Below are positions 9,537 to 19,376 of a stretch of 64,000 nt of DNA, one piece after another. Origin of the DNA: a bacterium (GTDB taxonomy: Bacteria; Patescibacteriota; Minisyncoccia; Phycocordibacterales; UBA5272); the NCBI GenBank assembly GCA_023267635.1, contig JAHFMX010000003.1, forward strand, positions 26,139-90,138. The letters are read 5' to 3'. The notes beneath the pieces were generated by a model. That model searched no databases. It was not told where the DNA came from and saw only the letters and a program-made list of their open reading frames with translations. Numbering within the stretch: the first letter of the stretch is position 1; each line of letters starts with the position of its first letter. Both the position numbers and the translations under genes were made by a program.

Positions 9537-11402
9537 ATGGAAAGACCTGAAAATGAACAAAGTGCTTTAGAGACGCTCGAGCAAACGCTCTATGACCCGA
9601 AAGGGAAAATAGATAATACAGCAATGCATCATGTGCGTGACAGAAAAGAAAAGATCTTGCCTACTTCGTGGGGTGAAGATACACCTATTATACGAGAATC
9701 TAAAGATCAAACAGGCCTCTCATTTGGCGCAAAATTTCTTATTGGCGCAACGCTTCTTCTGATTGCAGTTCTTTCATTTACTGCATGGCGTGTTCTTTCG
9801 TCTCGAAACGTTGTATCTGATAAAAATATTGATATGACACTCGATGTTACTCCGTATATTGAAGGTGGAGTTGCTACACCATTTATTGTAAGTCTTCAAA
9901 ACAGAAATGAAGTAGCGCTCACTGAAGCATCGCTCACGCTTATGTACAAACAGGGGACAGGAGCTCAAGATGAACAGGAGAAGGTTCAGGTAAAGAAAGA
10001 GTTAGGGACTGTTGATCAGGGTGATTTCAAGAGGAGTGATTTCGAAGTGACTCTGTTTGGAAGTGAAGGTGAAGCACGAGATATAACAGTAAAATTGGAA
10101 TATAAAGTAAAAGGGTCTAATGCAAAGTTTAGTAAAGTTGGTGTGACGCAGGTTGTTCTTAAAAGTCCGCCGATTTCAGTTAATATAGAAGGCCCAACCA
10201 TTTTGTCTGTTGGGCAAATCGGAACATTTACGTTCACAGTGAAAAACAACACAGGAACAACAACGGCAGCAAGTTTGCTCTTGGCAACGCTCCCTACTAA
10301 TTTTCAAATTGAAAGTACTAACCCAAAATCAAGTACACGCGGAACATTGTGGCAAATAAAGTCGCTTGAAGCCGGGGCAACAGAAGTGGTGACACTCACA
10401 GGCTCTCTTACAGGAAGCCAAGGGGAAACAGCAACCATGAAAGCACTCATTGGTTCAGTTGGGGGCTCTCTTACAGATGTTGGTGTAGTATATTCATCAG
10501 AAACATTTGATATACAGTTACGTACCTCACCACTTTCTTTATCAATGACACTCGACACAGAACGAGGTAACGGAGAAAATGTTCGCTACGGTGATCGAGC
10601 GCTTCTTTCTATTCGTTATAAAAATGGAAGCGCCTCACCACTTTTAAACAATGAGATTACGTTAAAGATTGAAGGAACAGCGGCTGTTATTAAAGACGTA
10701 AGTGGCGATAGGGGGTATTATGATTCCACAACCGGTACCATAACCTGGAGTAGGGCAACAATGCAAGAATTAGGAACACTTGCACCTAACGCCGAAGGGA
10801 CACTTCTAGTTAACATTCCAATAGTTAACAAGGGATCAAATTCACCGAAGCTTATACTTACTGTTACAGGCAAAGGAACTTCTAATGAAGTTAATGATGT
10901 GGTTGCTACGCTCTCAAAAACATTCACGGTTCAAGGAAGCGCTAGTGTTTCTGCGGCAACACAGTACAAGAGTTCACCATTTCAAAATACAGGACCAATT
11001 CCACCAGAGCCAAATGTTGATACGACATATACTGTTCATCTCACCGTTTCAGCTCAGAACGCTCTTACAAATACAAAAGTATCATTCGTACTGCCTGCAT
11101 ATGTTTCATGGAGAAATGTAGTAACGGATTCTTCTAAAACGTCCTATGATTCGAAAACTCGCACAGTAACGTGGAATGTTGGAAATCTTGATGCAGGGAA
11201 AACAACGGCAACCGATATAGGTCTTTCAGTACGCCCTTCACAGGTTCATGTTAATACAAGTCCAAACATAACGGGGGGCATTGTGCTTGATGCTGATGAG
11301 GTTGAGTCTCGCGCACACATTCGTACAACAATCTCACCACTTACTACGTTTATTTCAGGAGAAACATGGAATGTTGATCCATCAAAGGTGGTTGACAGAT
11401 AA
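9537..11402 (+). CDS. Membrane-anchored protein with tandem Ig-like (DUF11-type) domains
   Basis: Single TM helix followed by beta-rich repeats (VTWNVGNLDAG, ITWS..GTLAP); start chosen downstream of TATACT. Confidence 0.7.
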   Translation: MERPENEQSALETLEQTLYDPKGKIDNTAMHHVRDRKEKILPTSWGEDTPIIRESKDQTGLSFGAKFLIGATLLLIAVLSFTAWRVLSSRNVVSDKNIDMTLDVTPYIEGGVATPFIVSLQNRNEVALTEASLTLMYKQGTGAQDEQEKVQVKKELGTVDQGDFKRSDFEVTLFGSEGEARDITVKLEYKVKGSNAKFSKVGVTQVVLKSPPISVNIEGPTILSVGQIGTFTFTVKNNTGTTTAASLLLATLPTNFQIESTNPKSSTRGTLWQIKSLEAGATEVVTLTGSLTGSQGETATMKALIGSVGGSLTDVGVVYSSETFDIQLRTSPLSLSMTLDTERGNGENVRYGDRALLSIRYKNGSASPLLNNEITLKIEGTAAVIKDVSGDRGYYDSTTGTITWSRATMQELGTLAPNAEGTLLVNIPIVNKGSNSPKLILTVTGKGTSNEVNDVVATLSKTFTVQGSASVSAATQYKSSPFQNTGPIPPEPNVDTTYTVHLTVSAQNALTNTKVSFVLPAYVSWRNVVTDSSKTSYDSKTRTVTWNVGNLDAGKTTATDIGLSVRPSQVHVNTSPNITGGIVLDADEVESRAHIRTTISPLTTFISGETWNVDPSKVVDR

Positions 11403-11445
11403 AAGCTCCGTGGCAAAGGGTGTCTGGCTATGTTAGGATACAAGT

Positions 11446-12495
11446 ATGAAAGAATCTATGAGGGTAACAATTACATCGGGGACAATTATCAAATTTATTT
11501 TGTGGATTGCTATATTTGCAGCGTTATTTTACGTTCGTGATTTCGTCATAGCGCTTCTTGTTGCGGTGGTGCTTGCTTCCGCTGCAGAGATGCCAGTGAA
11601 GACAATGATGAAGTGGGGATTATCACGCGGTATTTCTGTTTCTCTCCTTTTTCTTTCCTTCATTGCGATTATTGCTTCAATTGCGCTTATCTTTGTTCCA
11701 CCGCTCGCAGACGACATTGCACGTTTTGTTCAAACACTTCCGCAGCTTCTTAATTCAATAAGAATCTTTGGTAGCGATATGGGCTTCCGCGATCTCTCCC
11801 TTGCTGTGCAAGAACTCTCAAAAACTATTGATAAAGGCCAGATCCTTACTATCCTTAAAAACACCCTTGTGGGAACAACTGGTATCTTTGCAACCTCAGC
11901 TGCAGTAATCGGAGGAGTGGTAAATCTTCTTCTTACGTTTGTTCTCGCATTCTATCTCGCACTTGAAGAGCGGGGAGTACAAAAGTTTCTTTCTCTTATT
12001 GTGCCAAAGACAAACGAGAAATATGTAGAAGATCTCTGGATGCGCTCACAGCAAAAGATTGGACTCTGGATGCAGGGGCAACTTCTCCTATCGCTCCTTG
12101 TTGCACTTTTGGTCTATATTCCGATGCTCATCCTAGGTATGCCATACGCTGCACTTCTTGGTGTGCTTGCTTTTGGAGGTGAACTCATCCCAATGGTTGG
12201 TTTAACATTTGCGACTATTCCTGCACTCTTCATTGCATGGACTCATGGAGGGCTTCCATTACTTGGAATCGTAGCACTTATTTACTTCATTATTTCTCAG
12301 CTCGAGAATCATGTTCTGTATCCTCGTGTGATGAATAAAATGGTGGGCGTTCCATCAGTGATTGTTATTATTGCGCTGGTGATAGGGGCAAAGTTTGCAG
12401 GAATCTGGGGTGTAATCCTCTCAGTTCCTCTCGCTGCTATTTTTATGGAGCTGGCCTCAGATCATAATAAAAGAAAACAAGAACCACTCGGTTAA
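11446..12495 (+). CDS. AI-2E (PerM) family transporter
   Basis: Polytopic membrane protein; QLENHVLYPRVM and GIWGVILSVP motifs. Confidence 0.9.
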   Translation: MKESMRVTITSGTIIKFILWIAIFAALFYVRDFVIALLVAVVLASAAEMPVKTMMKWGLSRGISVSLLFLSFIAIIASIALIFVPPLADDIARFVQTLPQLLNSIRIFGSDMGFRDLSLAVQELSKTIDKGQILTILKNTLVGTTGIFATSAAVIGGVVNLLLTFVLAFYLALEERGVQKFLSLIVPKTNEKYVEDLWMRSQQKIGLWMQGQLLLSLLVALLVYIPMLILGMPYAALLGVLAFGGELIPMVGLTFATIPALFIAWTHGGLPLLGIVALIYFIISQLENHVLYPRVMNKMVGVPSVIVIIALVIGAKFAGIWGVILSVPLAAIFMELASDHNKRKQEPLG

Positions 12496-12505
12496 GAGCT
12501 ATTCT

Positions 12506-13984
12506 ATGAGTGATAAGAAACCTTTCTACATTACAACAACACTTCCGTATGTGAATTCCGACCCGCATATTGGATTCGCTATGGAAATTATCCGTGCAGA
12601 TGTAATTGCTCGATGGAAACGAGCGCAAGGGTATGATGTATTTTTCAATACAGGTACCGACGAGCACGGTGCAAAGATTTATCAGAACGCAACGGCTCAA
12701 GGGGTGAGCGTACAGACATATGTCGATGGTTATGCGGCAACATTTAAAGAGCTTACCAAGGCGCTCAATATTAGTGATATACACTTTATTCGCACAACGG
12801 ATGAAAAACATGTACAGGCTGCAGTTGAAATGTGGAAGCGTTGCTATGACAATGGCTTCATCTATAAAAAAACATATCAGACAAAATATTGTGTTGGGTG
12901 TGAACTTAATAAAACTGATAGCGAGCTTGAGAACGGAAAATGTCCAATTCATCCAAATCGGGAGATTGAACTCATTGACGAAGAAAACTATTTCTTCAAG
13001 TTTTCAGAATTCCAAAAACCTCTTCTTGATTTTTATGCTAGTCACTCAGATTTTGTTATTCCAGATTTTCGTTTTAATGAAATAAAAAGTTTTATTGAGC
13101 GAGGTCTTGAAGATTTTTCTATTTCTCGTTTAAAGAGCAAGATGTCGTGGGGTGTTCCAGTTCCAGGAGACGACGATCATGTTATGTACGTGTGGTTTGA
13201 TGCGCTCACTAGTTATATTTCAACACTCGATTGGCCAGATGAAGCAGGGAGTTTCAACTACTGGAAAGAGGGTGCTCCAGTGCAGTATTGTGGTAAAGAT
13301 AATCTTCGTCAGCAATCTGCTATGTGGCAAGCTATGCTCATGGCTTCTGGTTTGCCAAACTCACGCCATATCGTTATTAACGGATTTATTATTTCAGGCG
13401 GACAGAAGATGAGTAAGTCTATTGGAAATGTTATCAATCCTTTTGATGTACTTGAGATGTTTAAAGAGGTGACTGACTACCCAGAAGATGTACTCCGATT
13501 TATTTTGCTCCACGAAGTGCCTTCGTTTGAAGACGGAGATATAACTATTGATTCAATTAAGACCGCCTACACGGCGTACCTTGCAAACGGAATCGGAAAT
13601 CTTACTAACAGAATTATGAAGATGGCTACTACCTATGGTGTTTTGTATACAGACTACCTAGGAGGGGGTGAGTTAGACGAAAAACAATATAATTATCCTG
13701 GCGTATGGTCTAAAGATTATGAATCTTTTAATTTAAATTCTGCAATTAAAAATCTCTTTGGAACTTTTGCTGCTCTAGATGTGTATATTCAACGCGAAGA
13801 ACCATTTAAAAAAATAAAATTAGATGAATCAGAAGCAAAAAAAGATGTCGCGTATTTACTACATCATCTTCTACAGTCTTCTTATGAGTTAGAGGTATTT
13901 TTGCCAAAAACAGCTATCTTTATAAGAAATTGTGTTCATGAGAATAAGATGCCAGAGAAGCCTCTCTTCGCACGGCTTCCATAA
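12506..13984 (+). CDS. metG: Methionine--tRNA ligase (short form)
   Basis: YITTTLPYVN..HIG, GTDEHG, YVWFDAL and KMSKS motifs. Confidence 0.97.
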   Translation: MSDKKPFYITTTLPYVNSDPHIGFAMEIIRADVIARWKRAQGYDVFFNTGTDEHGAKIYQNATAQGVSVQTYVDGYAATFKELTKALNISDIHFIRTTDEKHVQAAVEMWKRCYDNGFIYKKTYQTKYCVGCELNKTDSELENGKCPIHPNREIELIDEENYFFKFSEFQKPLLDFYASHSDFVIPDFRFNEIKSFIERGLEDFSISRLKSKMSWGVPVPGDDDHVMYVWFDALTSYISTLDWPDEAGSFNYWKEGAPVQYCGKDNLRQQSAMWQAMLMASGLPNSRHIVINGFIISGGQKMSKSIGNVINPFDVLEMFKEVTDYPEDVLRFILLHEVPSFEDGDITIDSIKTAYTAYLANGIGNLTNRIMKMATTYGVLYTDYLGGGELDEKQYNYPGVWSKDYESFNLNSAIKNLFGTFAALDVYIQREEPFKKIKLDESEAKKDVAYLLHHLLQSSYELEVFLPKTAIFIRNCVHENKMPEKPLFARLP

Positions 13985-13990
13985 TTGACT

Positions 13991-14356
13991 ATGAAAAAAA
14001 TCTACAACAAACTTGTGCGAGATAAGATGATTGATATCTACAAGCATGATGTTGAGAACAAGATAAGCGCAAGCGACTACAGTATTCGCTATATGGAGCG
14101 CGAAGAAACGCTGGAGCGTTTGAAAGATAAATTACTTGAAGAAGCTCAGGAAGTTTTTGAAGCCTACGGAAACGAGGATAAGACTCATCTTAAAGAAGAG
14201 ATTGCTGATGTGATTGAAGTTATTGATGCTATTTTATTTCATAATGATATTTCACTTTCGGAAGTTCTAGCTATTCGAGATGCAAAAAAGGAAAAGAAAG
14301 GGGGTTTTGAGAAGGGGCTATTTCTAGAAAGTATTGATTACTTTGATAAAGAATAA
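13991..14356 (+). CDS. All-alpha NTP pyrophosphohydrolase (MazG-like)
   Basis: YNKLVRDK, KLLEEAQEV, EEIADVIEV and KKEKKGGF motifs. Confidence 0.85.
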   Translation: MKKIYNKLVRDKMIDIYKHDVENKISASDYSIRYMEREETLERLKDKLLEEAQEVFEAYGNEDKTHLKEEIADVIEVIDAILFHNDISLSEVLAIRDAKKEKKGGFEKGLFLESIDYFDKE

Positions 14357-14358
14357 TT

Positions 14359-14967
14359 ATGATCTCAAATAAGCAAGGATTAATAGAAATCGGAAAGCTT
14401 GTTTTTGCTTTTGCACGAGTAAAGCGCGTAACGTTATACGAAGATGGAATAACTCCAGAATCTGATACTGATCACACGGTCATGTTATCCATTTGTGCGT
14501 GTTCTTTAGCTTCAAAACTATACCCGAACCTTGATATTGGTAAGGTTGCTCAATTTGCTATTATTCATGATTTGGTTGAAGCGTACGCTGGGGATACGAA
14601 TACATTTAATTTAAGTGACGCTGGAAGGGTTGAAAAAGAAAAGCGCGAAGAAGAAGCTCTTACAAGAATACAATCAGAATTTAATGGTGTGTATCCTTGG
14701 ATTCCGACAACGATAGAAGAGTATGAATCATTACAGACTGATGAAGCACAATTTGTGAAAGTCGTTGATAAAGTGATGACGAAGTTAACGCACCGAATGA
14801 ATGCGGGGGCATATTTAAAAAAGGAAGGTAAAACAAAAGAAGAAACACTGTCTCATTATGGAAATCAAACTAAATCATTAGGAGATACATATGGAGATAA
14901 GTTTCCAGAAATAATAGAAATTTTGACACAATTAACAGATGATATCCTTAAAGAAGCATATGCATAA
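14359..14967 (+). CDS. HD-domain hydrolase (YfbR/HDDC2-like)
   Basis: ESDTDH...IIHDLVEAYAGD...DK motifs. Confidence 0.88.
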   Translation: MISNKQGLIEIGKLVFAFARVKRVTLYEDGITPESDTDHTVMLSICACSLASKLYPNLDIGKVAQFAIIHDLVEAYAGDTNTFNLSDAGRVEKEKREEEALTRIQSEFNGVYPWIPTTIEEYESLQTDEAQFVKVVDKVMTKLTHRMNAGAYLKKEGKTKEETLSHYGNQTKSLGDTYGDKFPEIIEILTQLTDDILKEAYA

Positions 14968-15769
14968 TTTTATTGATGTCCATTCACATATTCACGATAA
15001 AGCATTCGACGAAGATCGAGATGCGGTTATTTTAGAAATGGAGGAGAAAGGATTTGCAACAATTACTGTGGGAACAGATATAGTAGAAAGTAAAAAAGCA
15101 GTAGAGACTGCTGAGAAATATTCTCATGTGTGGGCAACGGTGGGAATGCACCCCGTTGATAATCGTACAGAAATATTTGATCGAGATGCATATAAAGCCT
15201 TACTTATACATCCAAAGGTTGTAGCACTCGGGGAGTGTGGGTTGGATTATTTTCACATTAAAGATTTTGAAGGAAACAAAGATGCAGAGATTGATAGGCA
15301 GCACACTCTTTTCATGGAGCAAATAGAATTAGCCGCAGAGTGTGATAAGCCACTTATGCTTCACGGGCGACCTGATGTTGAAATGGATGCATATGAGGAT
15401 ATGCTTTTCATTCTCAAAAATGCAAAAGCTCGCCTCGGAGACAAAGTACGAGGGAATGCTCATTTTTTCGTAGGGGACATGAATATTGCGCAGCAGTTCA
15501 ATGATCTTGGGTTTACTGTTTCTTTTTCTGGTGTGGTTACGTTTGCAAAAATGTATGAAGAACTGGTTCGTACTATTCCGCTCGATATGATTCATGCTGA
15601 AACAGATAGTCCATATGCAACACCTGTGCCTCATCGAGGAAAAAGGAACACCCCGCTCTATGTTGAACACATCTATGAGAAGATTGCAGAAATAAAAGGT
15701 ATCACCAAAGAAGAGGTGAGGGTGCAATTAGTGAAAAATGCCGTACGGGTATTTGGTTTGACAAACTAA
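14960..15769 (+). CDS. tatD: TatD family hydrolase
   Basis: DVHSH, GMHP, GECGLDY and ETDSPY motifs. Confidence 0.93.
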   Translation: MHNFIDVHSHIHDKAFDEDRDAVILEMEEKGFATITVGTDIVESKKAVETAEKYSHVWATVGMHPVDNRTEIFDRDAYKALLIHPKVVALGECGLDYFHIKDFEGNKDAEIDRQHTLFMEQIELAAECDKPLMLHGRPDVEMDAYEDMLFILKNAKARLGDKVRGNAHFFVGDMNIAQQFNDLGFTVSFSGVVTFAKMYEELVRTIPLDMIHAETDSPYATPVPHRGKRNTPLYVEHIYEKIAEIKGITKEEVRVQLVKNAVRVFGLTN

Positions 15770-15824
15770 GCGTAAAAGAGCAGGATAGGGGCAGTTGTAA
15801 CTTTCCCTTGAAAGGGGGTGTGTC

Positions 15825-16223
15825 ATGAGACAAAGAGATACCTCTTCTGAGGAGAGGCGCTATGAATGTTTGTGTGGAGTAATTGAGCCACCGCCGAACC
15901 CTCAGCTTTCTCTCGGAATGATAGGGCTCATGCGGGGTGGTGGATTGAGGGTGTCTCCCGATGACCCAGGACTTGCGAAAATTCAAGCTGGGAAAATGAG
16001 GATGATCATCGTCAAAGATGGAAGAATCATTGCTGTCTTTGGTCGTCCGCGCATCAAACTTTTGCGAATGCTTGAGCAAGGTGTTGCGGTCACTCAAGAT
16101 CTCATTGATTGCTTCAGTCCGATGTATCCAAAGCCAGAAAAGGTATTCCGTACGACGTATAAATGGAGGGGAAGCCCCGAATATCGTCGTTGGAAACGTA
16201 CGCAAGAAGGCAGCACCTTCTGA
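15825..16223 (+). CDS. Hypothetical basic protein
   Basis: 132-aa ORF with a G-rich RBS upstream and a hairpin terminator downstream. Confidence 0.45.
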   Translation: MRQRDTSSEERRYECLCGVIEPPPNPQLSLGMIGLMRGGGLRVSPDDPGLAKIQAGKMRMIIVKDGRIIAVFGRPRIKLLRMLEQGVAVTQDLIDCFSPMYPKPEKVFRTTYKWRGSPEYRRWKRTQEGSTF

Positions 16224-16303
16224 AAATCTTTTCTGGAACAGAATGAGGCCCCACTTCGGTGGGGTCTTTCTTTTTGTCTAAAATCGTGTTATAATACAGC
16301 ACT

Positions 16304-16816
16304 ATGACAGAAATTAATGAAACCACAGTAGACAGTCGTGTATATGAAATATCTTTCATCTTTGATAACAAACTAGATGAGGGCACGGCGCTTGAAAAGA
16401 GTAACGCACTCAAGCAGTCTATTGCTACCCTAGGCGGTAGCTTCATTTCTGAGGAGACCCCGTACATGCGGGAGCTCGCTTATGAAATGATTCGCGTTGT
16501 TAACAATGTGAACGTTCGTTTTAATGAAGGATACTTCGGATGGATCAAGTTTGAACTTGATGGAGCCAAGATCAAGGACTTCGAAAAGGCTATCAAGCTC
16601 GACGAAGAAGTTGTTCGTTACATCGTTGTAAAGACAGTTCGCGACAACACTGTGTACACAAAGCGTGCGCCAGTGGTTAAAGCAGAATCTCTCGTTAACA
16701 ACGAAGATGATGTAAACATCGATACAACAAAGGAGGCAGACGTTGTTGCAACAGAAGCTCCGAAAGAAGTAGAAGAAACAAAGGTAGAATCAGTGCCTAG
16801 CGAGGAGACAAAATAA
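16304..16816 (+). CDS. rpsF: 30S ribosomal protein S6 with acidic C-terminal tail
   Basis: YEISFI, RELAYEM and EEVVRYIVVK motifs; rpsF-ssb-rpsR order. Confidence 0.93.
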   Translation: MTEINETTVDSRVYEISFIFDNKLDEGTALEKSNALKQSIATLGGSFISEETPYMRELAYEMIRVVNNVNVRFNEGYFGWIKFELDGAKIKDFEKAIKLDEEVVRYIVVKTVRDNTVYTKRAPVVKAESLVNNEDDVNIDTTKEADVVATEAPKEVEETKVESVPSEETK

Positions 16817-16832
16817 GGAGTAAACTTATTCT

Positions 16833-17303
16833 ATGTACCTCAATAAAGCATTTTTATTCGGAAACCTAACCCGTGACCCAGAGATGAAATCTCTTCCTAA
16901 CGGAAATAAGGTGACTTCGTTTTCTTTAGCAACTAATCGTGTCTACAAGGATCAGGCAGGAAACAAACAAGAACAAGTTGAATACCACAATATCGTAGTA
17001 TTCGGACGCCAAGCAGAGACAAGTGCTCAGTACCTTAAGAAAGGTCAGGGTGTGATGATCGAAGGCCGCATCCAAACTCGTTCTTGGGATGACAAGACGA
17101 CAGGTGAGAAGAAATACAGAACAGAAGTTGTTGCAGACGCTGTACAGTTTGGTCCAAAAGGACAAGGCGCAGCCGCTCCAGCCTCTGGTGAGTTTTCTCC
17201 AACACAGTCATCAAACGCACAAACTGCACCATCAACGATTCCTGATCTTGAAACAATCGATTACGGAGATGCAAACATCAATGTAGACGATATTCCATTC
17301 TAA
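16833..17303 (+). CDS. ssb: Single-stranded DNA-binding protein
   Basis: [16 protein letters not shown]-terminal DDIPF. Confidence 0.98.
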   Translation: MYLNKAFLFGNLTRDPEMKSLPNGNKVTSFSLATNRVYKDQAGNKQEQVEYHNIVVFGRQAETSAQYLKKGQGVMIEGRIQTRSWDDKTTGEKKYRTEVVADAVQFGPKGQGAAAPASGEFSPTQSSNAQTAPSTIPDLETIDYGDANINVDDIPF

Positions 17304-17314
17304 TTACCACCACT

Positions 17315-17518
17315 ATGCATAAACAAGATTATTTTAACCAAAACAACATCAAGTTCATCGACTACAAGGATACAGAAATCCTCGCTAAGTTCTTGAACCC
17401 ACATGCTCGTATTCTCAATCGTCGAAAGACTGGCCTTACGGCAAAGAATCAGCGATCTCTTGCGAACGCAATCAAGCGTTCACGGTTTATGGGGCTTCTC
17501 CCATACGTAGCTCACTAA
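17315..17518 (+). CDS. rpsR: 30S ribosomal protein S18
   Basis: IDYKD...[13 protein letters not shown]. Confidence 0.96.
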   Translation: MHKQDYFNQNNIKFIDYKDTEILAKFLNPHARILNRRKTGLTAKNQRSLANAIKRSRFMGLLPYVAH

Positions 17519-17640
17519 AACTACAAAATCACTTCATCTGCTTCGTTGCACAAGATTTTTTCTCCCGCGAAGTACTATTCGTACATCTTGGTCTAAAAAA
17601 TCTTGTGCGCCTCGCATCTAAAGCAATTTTCTAGTTTTAG
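17515..17640 (+). repeat. ~125-bp imperfect hairpin repeat, copy 1 (overlaps rpsR stop)
   Basis: Terminal IR ctaaaacta/tagttttag; shares aagtactattcgtacat and gcctcgYatctaaa with 22134-22256. Confidence 0.75.
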
Positions 17641-17657
17641 CAAGAAATAGAGAGTTT

Positions 17658-17690
17658 AAGTAAAATCAGCCTTTACGGCTGATTTTACTT
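17658..17690 (+). terminator. Intrinsic terminator
   Basis: aagtaaaatcagcc...ggctgattttactt. Confidence 0.7.
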
Positions 17691-17726
17691 TCTTGCTTGT
17701 AATTTGATATATATACTTCTTTACAT

Positions 17727-18032
17727 ATGGAACAAATGCCACAAAATCAGAACTCTCCATCTAAGCGAGAGTCAGTAATTGAAAACATAGGTTATGATAT
17801 CAAAGTTTTAGAAGGTGTAATAAATAGTAAGGAGGGGAAGCTTTATGCGGGACCTGATTTTCTTGAAAAGTTCAAGACAAATCTCTCTAAACTGCAAAAA
17901 GTTCAGCTTACAGATGAAGAGTGGAATAAATTATCTGAGCTCTCGGATAACTTAGAGTCTGCTGGCAATGAAAATGATATTCAGGCTCTTCATTATGCTA
18001 GCCTTATTATTGAGGTGCTTGAAAATAAATAA
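17727..18032 (+). CDS. Hypothetical protein
   Basis: 101-aa ORF after TATACT; terminator at 18044-18080. Confidence 0.65.
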   Translation: MEQMPQNQNSPSKRESVIENIGYDIKVLEGVINSKEGKLYAGPDFLEKFKTNLSKLQKVQLTDEEWNKLSELSDNLESAGNENDIQALHYASLIIEVLENK

Positions 18033-18125
18033 CTTTGTATAATACAAAAAAGCAGCCTTCCAAAAAGGCTGCTTTTTTGTTAGTATTACAACTATTAATT
18101 AGGTACCACTAACCATCAAATTACT

Positions 18126-18737
18126 ATGCACCCAAAGAAAGAACGAACATTTGTTATTTTAAAGCCAGACACTATTCAGCGTGGACTTATTGGAGAAATT
18201 ATTTCTCGCTTTGAAAGAATTGGTCTTAAGGTTGTTGGTATGAAAATGCACATGGCAGACGAGGAAAAGCTCTGGGCTCACTACAACAAGGATGATGCAT
18301 GGTTCCTTAAGAAAGGTGAGAAGATTCTTATTAATAAGCAATCTCTAGGCCACACTATCGATAAGGAGGCGATTGAATATGGTAAGGATATTATCCGTGC
18401 TGTTGTGTCATACATGCGCGCAGGTCCAGTAGTTTCACTTGTCCTTGAAGGGAACAATGCTGCTGCGGTTGTGAAGCGTCTTGTTGGTGGAACAGAACCA
18501 GCAACAGCTGATAGTGGAACTATCCGCGGAGATTTCGCGATTGATTCATACTACCTATGTGATGTTGATGGTTCACGAGGAATGCGTAACCTTATTCACT
18601 GTACTGATCCAGCTGATGGAGAAGGGGCGCAGGAGCGAGAAATTGGTATCTGGTTTACAGAGGAAGAAATTGTAAAATATCGCCTTGTTTCAGAAGCAAT
18701 GCTTTATGATGTGAACTTGGACGGTATTCTCGAATAA
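18126..18737 (+). CDS. ndk: Nucleoside diphosphate kinase
   Basis: ERTFVILKPD, GTIRGDF and RNLIHCTD (catalytic His) motifs. Confidence 0.95.
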   Translation: MHPKKERTFVILKPDTIQRGLIGEIISRFERIGLKVVGMKMHMADEEKLWAHYNKDDAWFLKKGEKILINKQSLGHTIDKEAIEYGKDIIRAVVSYMRAGPVVSLVLEGNNAAAVVKRLVGGTEPATADSGTIRGDFAIDSYYLCDVDGSRGMRNLIHCTDPADGEGAQEREIGIWFTEEEIVKYRLVSEAMLYDVNLDGILE

Positions 18738-18817
18738 TAAAATCATTAAAAAATACAGACAGAAATGTCTGCATTTTTTTATTTGTCTTTTTTAAAGAAC
18801 TAGATATAATAAAAACA

Positions 18818-18940
18818 GGGAGGTTAGGTATTTTTCTGGATACTGCATCCTAGGGTTGTGGAATATTGAGAACTGCACTGTGGTGCTATTCGTTTCCTAC
18901 CCACCTGACTTAAAACATCAGGAAGATGCCCTAGTCTCCC
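18818..18940 (+). ncRNA. Candidate short 6S-like rod-shaped RNA
   Basis: TATAAT directly upstream; 5' gggaggttagg pairs with 3' cctagtctccc; central bubble; terminator immediately after. Confidence 0.5.
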
Positions 18941-18943
18941 AAG

Positions 18944-18973
18944 AAAAAAGCCGCTCATTTGAGCGGCTTTTTT
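18944..18973 (+). terminator. Intrinsic terminator
   Basis: aaaaaagccgctc-attt-gagcggctttttt. Confidence 0.85.
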
Positions 18974-19017
18974 CTTTCCCACTAGTAACTACAGACTAGT
19001 AACTATATACTGTTAGC

Positions 19018-19374
19018 ATGAAACAGATTATTACTTCCGCGCTTTACCTCCTTACATTATTTGCTGTCTCCCGCTTCGTGTTTGAGCCAACCTATCTCTA
19101 TTATGAATTGCGATGGTTAGACATTCCGATGCATATCATGGGAGGCTTTGGGGTGGCGTCTCTTGCGTCTGCTGTGCTTACTTACTTCAATAAACCTGTA
19201 TCATTTTGGAAACTTTTCATTATATACACTGTTGTTGCTGTGGCGTGGGAATTATATGAATATGTACAAGATATCGTAACGTATGCAGAATGGAATGGAG
19301 TATTTGATACAGCACAAGATTATGTGAATGGCCTTATCGGTATGAGTATTGCTTATCTATTTGTTCGTAAATAA
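19018..19374 (+). CDS. Small membrane protein (VanZ-like)
   Basis: Four hydrophobic segments; WLDIPMHIMGG, WELYE and DTAQD motifs. Confidence 0.65.
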   Translation: MKQIITSALYLLTLFAVSRFVFEPTYLYYELRWLDIPMHIMGGFGVASLASAVLTYFNKPVSFWKLFIIYTVVAVAWELYEYVQDIVTYAEWNGVFDTAQDYVNGLIGMSIAYLFVRK

Positions 19375-19376
19375 GT

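Noticed and set aside
18818..18940. SRP (4.5S) RNA
   Set aside because: Lacks the helix-8 motif (CAGG..GNRA..AGCA).
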